DNA of 6,462 nt from Fonticula alba ATCC 38817 (GCA_000388065.2 KB932206.1); one strand, 5' to 3'; shown: positions 1 to 6,462, numbered from the stretch's first letter. Notes: generated by a model not told the origin, from the letters alone. Program-made: numbers and translations.

Positions 1-1339
1 CCCCCCCCCCCGGTGGTGTGAGGATTTTCCTAGGCGCTAGAGATGGAGCCAGATTGCCTGGTACCACCGGCCGCGGGGCGGGGCGGGGGGGGGGGTTACG
101 GCTGCGTCGAGGTCACCTTGGCGCGGGGTGTCCTGCCTGGAACGCGAGAGCGCAGGCGAGGCACGGGGGGGGGAGGATTGGTGGTTCGGGCAGGCCGCCG
201 TGCCCCGGCCAGGCCCCTTCTCCCAGCCTGGCCCACCCCCCCCCCCCTGCCTCTCGACCCTCCCCTGACCCAAGCACCAGGGGAAACTCACAGGCGGCCG
301 TGCATGACAAGACCTCCCTCCGGTGCGTGAGCCGGCTCGCATGGGCGCCAACAAGAGGCGCCAGCCGGGCACCATGCTCCCCGGACGGCAGAGCCCCTTC
401 CCCCGGGTGGCGGCATGCTACCGCGGGTGGGTGTGTGTGTCCCCGGCGCGCGACGTTGGAAGAGATACCCACACGCGCACACACGCCCCGGCCTTGGCAT
501 GAGCACACCGCGCACAATGGCACTCCAGGCAGTGGGACGGCAGGGGCGACCGGCGACGGAGCAGCGCTTCGGAGGTCTCGGAAGCCCCAGCACCACCTGG
601 TGCCCAGGCGTGGACCCGGGGCAAAAGTCATGCACCGGGGGCGCGCAGGGCACAAGGCCGAGGATGACTCGGCCGATGAGAGGGGCCAAGCAACATAACA
701 CAGGCATGTCGGCCGGCCGGTGGGCAGATGCGTTTGGCCGACTCGCAGGAGACGCCCAGGAAATATGACGGCAAACTCTCGCGGCTCTCCGGTCGCCGGT
801 GACACCGGGCATTCTATGTGCGGCGGGGGGATTTTGCCTGTTCCCGGCGGATTGCCGGCCCACGGGGGGTGGCTGTTCGAGTCTCGGCACTATTCTCCCC
901 TGGGCGCCCAGCTCCGGCGCCGCCACACTCTGAGAGCTGCCTGCCCGCGCGCCCGCCCCCCGCCACAAACGCAACGGGGAAAAATGCGCCAAGCGGAACA
1001 GACCATCGCGTGAGAGGGCGGGCGCGGGGCCCGGGCAGACCGGTGGGCGTCTCGCGGCTGGACGACCGGGCCCATGCGGGAAAATGGCTTTTCCGCGCCG
1101 CGAGCGTCGCCCAGTAGGGCGCAGACCAGGAAGGGGGGGACAAAGAAGCATGGGCCGGTTGTGCGCGCGGAAATGGGGGGCCGATCAGCCGACCCAGTCC
1201 CTTTTTCCTGGTCGCCCTCCGCATCTGGGACGGCGGGCGGGGGACAAGTCCAGGACCGGCAATCCCAGGGGCCGGGGCCCTCGGAGGGGACAGCCACCGG
1301 CGCAAGCGGTCCGGTGCACGCCCACCCCGGAGACAGGCG
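1..1339 (+). repeat. Direct repeat copy 1 (1339 bp), offset 5123 from copy 2
   Basis: 1-1339 aligns to 5124-6462. ORF translations are identical in both copies (113..805 vs 5236..5928, 288..1151 vs 5411..6274, 818..1117 vs 5941..6240). Homopolymer lengths checked by hand also match (G11, G9, C12). The copy starts inside a C run and ends at the start of a G run. Confidence 0.97.
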
Positions 1340-1457
1340 GGGGGGGGGGGGGGGGGCGGGGGAGGGAAAAGAAGGAGGGAGGGGGGGGGGGGGGAGGGTT
1401 CGCCCAAACTTATTACCGGCGTCAACCCCCTCCCCGGGGGGGGGGGGAGGGCGGGGG
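1339..1457 (+). repeat. G-run-dense, purine-rich low-complexity block
   Basis: G18 (1339-1356), G5, an A/G-only stretch, G14 (1381-1394), G12 (1436-1447) and further GGG tracts. Confidence 0.85.
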
Positions 1458-2061
1458 CGAAAGACGAGCACCTCCCGCCCGCGCGGCCCGGCCGGAGAGC
1501 GTTAGTATTTCTTCGTGGATGGGCAGGCGCGGGCGTCCCGGCGCGCAGTTGTTCGTGGCCGAAAGATGACCGCGGCCCCCTGGCCAGAGAAAGAAATAAC
1601 AAAGGCCGAAGGGACCCCGGGGGGGGGGGGGGAGGACCGGCAAGGAGCGGGGCTCTGCGCGCGTGTGTGCGCGAATGGCCGCGCAGCCGGCGCAAGCACA
1701 CCCATCCGCCGGCAGCCATGGCTGCGGGGGGCACCCGCGGCAACGCTAATAACCTGCAGCACCCCGAGCGCGAGGCGCAAAATATCGGGCAGCGGCGGGA
1801 GGGGGTTCCCCCCCACAGACACCGGGCGAAATGCAGCTGCACTGGCCGGGACCCTCCGTCACATGTCCCGGGGGGACTCCGCAGAGAGACACCACACTCC
1901 CAATGGGCTGGCGAAAAAATAAAAAGAGGCAGCTCAAACAAGAATATAACACCCCCCCTGCTCCCTCGGCCGCGCCCTGTCCCCAAAACGCGCTCCGGCG
2001 GGACGGGAGGGAAAAGGGCGGCGACCCCCCCCCCCCCCGGCACCCTCTCCCGTCCCCATGC

Positions 2062-2076
2062 CTCTCTCTCTCTCTC
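2062..2076 (+). repeat. (CT)7 microsatellite
   Basis: ctctctctctctctc read directly. Confidence 0.9.
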
Positions 2077-3486
2077 GGGGCGCACAGGCTTTCCTGTTGG
2101 ACTGTGGCCAGGGAGAAACAGCGAGGGGGCCAAGAAATATGTCCCTCCCCCCCCCATGAGCAGACAGGAACAACCGCTGGAAACGCATTCCTCCCCACGC
2201 GGAGGAGGACAGACATGCGCCCCTGATGCCGCCGGCCCCCCCCTCCCCGACGAGCCGCCGCGAGCTCGGAGGGAAATATTTGCAGCAATGCGCCACGCGA
2301 GGGCGAGCGAGCATCGACGCTAACAAGATCGCCACTACCAAACGTGCTGCTCAACACCCCCCCCCCCCCCAGCAGCGGCAGCGGGAGGGAGGGAGGGGCT
2401 GACCGACACGGAGGAAACATGTGCGTGGGCGGCCACGCGAAAGGGCCACCAATCCCCACACCCCAACAACACGGGCCTCCGGAAGGCCCCAGGGCATCGG
2501 CCAGCGGCCGTCGATGAAACCCCGCGATGCGTGGGGCCCGCCGGAACACATGTTGGCGTGGAGACTGTGGGGCGGAAGGGCGAAGAAGTCTCCCTGCCCC
2601 ACACAAGGCTCAGCATGTCCGGTCGCAGCCGCGCACACCGGTGCCCAAGGGCCAGGCCTTGGGGCCGACAGCGGCCCTCGACCGAGAGGATATATCCCCC
2701 GGAGTCCGGCGGGAAGCCCGAAGGCTCCCGGGCCCCTGAGACCACGCCCACCGGGGGCGGCCCAGCTGTGTGCCCGGACAGGGGAGGGAGGGGAGGCACA
2801 GAGGGAAAATCGACCATACCCCTTGACCTGGGGCGAGGAATGTCACCGTCAGGACCGCGCCTCCTGGCACGGCGGCTGCCGCCCCCGCCCATGGGAGCCG
2901 AGGTGCGTGAGCAGCTCCCGCGCTCTGTCCCCCCGCCCCCCGAGGAGCTGGGTGCGCCGGCCCACCGAGGCTCTCCGGCCCAAACAGGAGGACAAGGCCA
3001 GCACGGGGGGGGGGGGTGCCCGCGCTGTGCCAACCACACAAATAAACCATGCTCGCCGGCCGGTTACAGGGCAGACGGCCAGTCAGGACACATTAATTGA
3101 AAACGAAGAGCCTCCAAACGGCCGGTACACGTGCCTGCGCGTGATTCTGCAAGTGCATCATCGCCCCCACGAAGGAACACCATTCCCCTCGGGAGGGTAT
3201 CCAGCCTGCCACACGCGTGCGTATGCTCACTCTCCTGGGCCCTTGCTCCAGAAAGGAGCCGGGCTCAGACGAGGGTGGACGATCCGGAAACAAGTCCCGG
3301 AGGTTGGGGAAGTGTGGCATGTCAGGTCGAGGCTCAAGTCGTGCTCCCTCGGGCACAGTCGCCCTGCTCCGGCCTCCCCCCGGCCCTCCGAGGCAGGGGC
3401 AAAAGCGCACACCAGGGCCCCGGGCGCTGGGGGGGAGGGAGGCGGCCACCCCCGTCGAAGCCCGGTCCGCGGGGTGGGCAGGCACA

Positions 3487-3497
3487 TATATAAAAAG
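3487..3497. promoter_or_regulatory. Isolated AT-rich element TATATAAAAAG (TATA-box-like on +, or a 3'-end processing element on -)
   Basis: Matches TATAWAWR in an otherwise very GC-rich context. Function and strand are not resolvable from sequence. Confidence 0.3.
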
Positions 3498-3545
3498 GGC
3501 GCGGCGGCCCCTTCCGGATGTGAGGGCTCGGTCCACATTCCCATG

Positions 3546-3593
3546 TCACCTCGACTGGCGAGCGTCCTTCTTCACCCTCTCCCGCCTGCCCCC
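3546..3593 (-). CDS. Possible C-terminal coding fragment (GGRRERVKKDARQSR*)
   Basis: Purine-rich, charged open frame on the far side of the gap, ending in TGA at 3548-3546. Linkage to the upstream exon cannot be shown across the Ns. Confidence 0.2.
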   Translation of the reverse strand, partial: GGRRERVKKDARQSR

Positions 3594-3603
3594 NNNNNNN
3601 NNN
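3594..3603. other. Scaffold gap (10 N)
   Basis: Ten N characters; the true gap size is unknown. Confidence 0.99.
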
Positions 3604-3610
3604 AGTGTGC
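3604..3610 (-). CDS. First 7 nt of the next exon (G-T-L...), truncated by the N gap
   Basis: GCACACT follows the TGCAG acceptor and completes GGC ACA CTN in frame with the upstream exon. Confidence 0.45.
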
Positions 3611-3637
3611 CTGCATGATGGGCCCGGGACGGGATCA

Positions 3638-3708
<71 letters not shown>

Positions 3709-3721
3709 AGCACCCGCGTAC
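3611..3721 (-). other. Spliceosomal GT-AG intron, phase 1, containing a C70 tract
   Basis: Minus strand reads G|GTACGCGGGTGCTT-(C)70-TGATCCCGTCCCGGGCCCATCATGCAG|GCACACT. It has a donor, a CTGAT branch-type motif (3638-3634) about 24 nt before the AG, and a TGCAG acceptor. Splicing gives ...AMYI-G-T-L, which continues the hydrophobic helix. Confidence 0.62.
3638..3707 (+). repeat. G70 homopolymer
   Basis: 70 consecutive G. The exact length is unreliable in short-read assemblies. Confidence 0.9.
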
Positions 3722-4019
3722 CGATATACATGGCGATGATGAGATTGATTTGCTTGGCCTTGAAAGGGGTCCAGTTCCGGTGCCACCACACATAGAAGAC
3801 CACAGCTCCGACCAGAAGGACAATCAGTGTCACAAAGCAGGTGACGGCTATCTCCAACGGGTGGAAGTTGACCGCCTCCATGGGATCAAACCCGGGCGGG
3901 GAGTAATCCTTGGGGCCGGAGCCACTGCCTGACTGGCCAACCGAGGCAGCGACCGCGGTGACAGTGGCTGCTGCGGCGGCCCGGCTCAGCAGGCCAGCCA
4001 GAGGATGCTGCAGGGCCAT
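3722..4019 (-). CDS. Coding exon of a membrane protein: signal-peptide-like N-terminus, TM1, basic loop, start of TM2 (7TM receptor-like, partial)
   Basis: 99 codons + 1 nt: MALQHPLAGLLSRAAAAATVTAVAASVG...HPLEIAVTCFVTLIVLLVGAVVFYVWWHRNWTPFKAKQINLIIAMYI(G). This is the only ORF segment with normal protein composition and a clean hydrophobic helix (about 3783-3851). Third codon positions are C/G-rich. It is bounded by TTTATTGCAG| 6 nt before the ATG and by G|GTACGC at the 3' end. The family call is by motif resemblance only. Confidence 0.72.
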
Positions 4020-4025
4020 TGTGTG

Positions 4026-4130
4026 CTGCAATAAAGGGGGCGGGGAGGGCAAAGGAAGGTTGAAGCGCGTGGAGGGGAGCACGGGCAGGAGTGTTGGGGG
4101 CAGGAGGCGCGCGACATGGGGGAGGAAGTA
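4026..4130 (-). promoter_or_regulatory. Long polypyrimidine tract and 3' splice acceptor upstream of the start codon
   Basis: The minus strand is C/T-rich for about 100 nt and ends ...CCGCCCCCTTTATTGCAG|CACACAATGG (AG at 4027-4026). Confidence 0.6.
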
Positions 4131-4757
4131 TGGTGGGTTGTAATCCACGGCACGGAGACAACGGCGCGGGACGCCGGCGCTTGAGCTGGCAACATGGCTG
4201 CTGCCCATGATGGGCTGGCTGGCGGGCCTGTCGGTGGCCGACAACCGGGCGATCTGGCGTCCCCCGTGAGGGAGTTGGCGAGGCGCGCTGGCTTCGGCCG
4301 CAGGGGGCGCGCACGCGAAGTAGCAAGGGCCGACCGGCGGGTGGCGGGGAAAGCCGGTGTGGCCCACGGCGCTCGCGTGTTTCGGGGGCGAGGCGGGCAG
4401 CCCGCAGCCGCCTTCCTCCCAGGGGGGCTATCGGCCTCAAGCGGCGGGCACGGCGAGGCCACTGATACCCGAGGGGCAGGACAGGGGCTCGCAGGGGGGT
4501 GTGGGTGTGGGTGTGTTCAGGGAAAGCGCCCCCGCCACCTACACCATTCAGGTACACACACGCACACATGCACGCCGATGGAGAGGCAGGCAAACAGGCA
4601 CACAGACTCGCCGACGGGCTGGCCCCCGGCGGTTGATTTGCCCCCGGGCGGCGATCGAGCCAGGGGGGCACGGTTGGTCCGCGTCGCGGCCCCGGAACAG
4701 GGAATGGCATGGTCACCACGCACGAGGGAGGAAGCAGGCACCTACATATGCACGCAC

Positions 4758-4811
4758 CGAGCGCCGCACGGCGGCGCCGTGCAGCGGAGGCGAGATCGAG
4801 TCGGTTTCAAC
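4758..4811 (-). other. Candidate 54-nt upstream exon (5'UTR or coding VETDSISPPLHGAAVRRS)
   Basis: CTGAT (4840-4836), then CCCACACCCACAG| at 4812, 54 nt, then CG|GTGCGT at 4757. Branch-to-AG spacing matches the 3611-3721 intron. Confidence 0.35.
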
Positions 4812-5047
4812 CTGTGGGTGTGGGCAAACGCGTGCATCAGTCGGGGCGCAAACCGCCGGAGGGGGAGCCGAATCCGTCTGCCAAGATCGCCCGGAGCCCC
4901 CGATCGTCCGAATGCCCAGGCCCGAGCCGGGGCTGGAAGTGTCCGCCGGGTCGGGTCCGGGGGTGGTTGTTTGTTTCCGGAGCCGGAGGGCGGCGCGGGC
5001 GGCGAACGGCTCGGGGCAACGCGAATCGCCGCGAGGCGGCGGCCCAC

Positions 5048-5102
5048 CTGCCCGGAACGGGGCCAGGCCTCGCGCAGAGGCCGCGAGCAAGAGCCCATCC
5101 AT
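5048..5102 (-). other. Candidate 55-nt upstream exon
   Basis: CCCTCCTCGGGCCCACAG| at 5103 and CAG|GTGGGC at 5047. No clear branch motif. Confidence 0.22.
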
Positions 5103-5123
5103 CTGTGGGCCCGAGGAGGGCAC

Positions 5124-6462
5124 CCCCCCCCCCCGGTGGTGTGAGGATTTTCCTAGGCGCTAGAGATGGAGCCAGATTGCCTGGTACCACCGGCCGCGGG
5201 GCGGGGCGGGGGGGGGGGTTACGGCTGCGTCGAGGTCACCTTGGCGCGGGGTGTCCTGCCTGGAACGCGAGAGCGCAGGCGAGGCACGGGGGGGGGAGGA
5301 TTGGTGGTTCGGGCAGGCCGCCGTGCCCCGGCCAGGCCCCTTCTCCCAGCCTGGCCCACCCCCCCCCCCCTGCCTCTCGACCCTCCCCTGACCCAAGCAC
5401 CAGGGGAAACTCACAGGCGGCCGTGCATGACAAGACCTCCCTCCGGTGCGTGAGCCGGCTCGCATGGGCGCCAACAAGAGGCGCCAGCCGGGCACCATGC
5501 TCCCCGGACGGCAGAGCCCCTTCCCCCGGGTGGCGGCATGCTACCGCGGGTGGGTGTGTGTGTCCCCGGCGCGCGACGTTGGAAGAGATACCCACACGCG
5601 CACACACGCCCCGGCCTTGGCATGAGCACACCGCGCACAATGGCACTCCAGGCAGTGGGACGGCAGGGGCGACCGGCGACGGAGCAGCGCTTCGGAGGTC
5701 TCGGAAGCCCCAGCACCACCTGGTGCCCAGGCGTGGACCCGGGGCAAAAGTCATGCACCGGGGGCGCGCAGGGCACAAGGCCGAGGATGACTCGGCCGAT
5801 GAGAGGGGCCAAGCAACATAACACAGGCATGTCGGCCGGCCGGTGGGCAGATGCGTTTGGCCGACTCGCAGGAGACGCCCAGGAAATATGACGGCAAACT
5901 CTCGCGGCTCTCCGGTCGCCGGTGACACCGGGCATTCTATGTGCGGCGGGGGGATTTTGCCTGTTCCCGGCGGATTGCCGGCCCACGGGGGGTGGCTGTT
6001 CGAGTCTCGGCACTATTCTCCCCTGGGCGCCCAGCTCCGGCGCCGCCACACTCTGAGAGCTGCCTGCCCGCGCGCCCGCCCCCCGCCACAAACGCAACGG
6101 GGAAAAATGCGCCAAGCGGAACAGACCATCGCGTGAGAGGGCGGGCGCGGGGCCCGGGCAGACCGGTGGGCGTCTCGCGGCTGGACGACCGGGCCCATGC
6201 GGGAAAATGGCTTTTCCGCGCCGCGAGCGTCGCCCAGTAGGGCGCAGACCAGGAAGGGGGGGACAAAGAAGCATGGGCCGGTTGTGCGCGCGGAAATGGG
6301 GGGCCGATCAGCCGACCCAGTCCCTTTTTCCTGGTCGCCCTCCGCATCTGGGACGGCGGGCGGGGGACAAGTCCAGGACCGGCAATCCCAGGGGCCGGGG
6401 CCCTCGGAGGGGACAGCCACCGGCGCAAGCGGTCCGGTGCACGCCCACCCCGGAGACAGGCG
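5124..6462 (+). repeat. Direct repeat copy 2 (1339 bp), ending at the window edge
   Basis: Same alignment as copy 1. The final ...ggagacaggcg matches the end of copy 1 at 1339. The true repeat limits may extend beyond the window. Confidence 0.97.

Noticed and set aside
875-883. GTTCGAGTC, tRNA T-loop or Pol III B-box-like
   Set aside because: The flanks do not form a T-stem, and no cloverleaf or clear A-box lies upstream.
1081-1089. AAAATGGCT, matching part of the reverse complement of the dinoflagellate spliced leader
   Set aside because: Only 9 nt match and the flanks do not.
1501-1523. GTTAGTA...GGATGGG resembling part of 5S rRNA
   Set aside because: The spacing is wrong and the rest of the 5S sequence is absent.
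814-2157. 447-aa minus-strand ORF, and similar long ORFs (288..1151, 1746..2606, 4194..5144, 4709..5821)
   Set aside because: They overlap in several frames on both strands, run through homopolymers and have low-complexity composition, as expected from stop-codon scarcity at high GC.
2223-2276. CTGATG...GAAA hammerhead-like core; ambivirus- or viroid-like circle
   Set aside because: It reads CTGATGC rather than CTGANGA, has no proper stems, and no RdRp-like ORF exists in the unit.
3147-3185. WCSF...MMHLQ resembling CRESS Rep motifs I/II
   Set aside because: The spacing is far too short, there is no YxxK motif III or Walker A, and the ORF stops soon after.
2421-3932. 503-aa plus-strand ORF
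   Set aside because: It crosses the N gap and the G70 run, lies antisense to the real exon, and is dominated by R/G/P/A with no recognisable domain.
1918-4035. AATAAA hexamers at 1918, 3041 and 4030
   Set aside because: No supported plus-strand gene lies upstream. Two of them fall within minus-strand pyrimidine tracts of acceptor-like sites.
4499-4517. TGTGGG-type telomere-like short repeats (also about 427-440 and 4813-4824)
   Set aside because: Only 2-3 irregular units, internal, and explainable as low-complexity GT sequence.
1-5123. Herpesvirus-type GC-rich terminal repeat with pac signals
   Set aside because: The composition is compatible, but I could not identify pac1/pac2 motifs or any viral gene. 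A BLASTn search would be needed to reopen this.
1-6462. LTR retrotransposon (repeats as LTRs)
   Set aside because: No TG...CA termini, PBS or convincing PPT at the visible boundaries, and no gag/RT/IN motifs. The repeat ends coincide with homopolymers and window edges.

Overview
A very GC-rich (about 70% by eye), CpG-rich window with many G/C homopolymer runs and one 10-N scaffold gap (3594-3603). It looks eukaryotic (protist-like) rather than prokaryotic, but the taxon cannot be assigned from sequence. Two things are well supported. (1) Bases 1-1339 recur at 5124-6462, identical wherever checked, so the window is one 5123-bp unit plus a 1339-bp terminal overlap. This could be a circle, a tandem array or an unrolled assembly loop. 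(2) A minus-strand spliced exon (3722-4019) encodes a signal-peptide-like N-terminus, a strong TM helix, a basic loop and the start of a second TM helix. It resembles the TM1-ICL1-TM2 start of class C GPCR-like or 7TM-RGS receptors, and is followed by a GT-AG intron with a C70 tract; the next exon runs into the gap. The other long ORFs are Arg/Gly/Pro/Ala-rich and look like by-products of GC content. No rRNA, tRNA, CRISPR array, transposase, RT or Rep gene was recognised. The most speculative lead is two stem-loops with TATTAC/TAGTATT-like loops at 1391-1535, reminiscent of rolling-circle origins.
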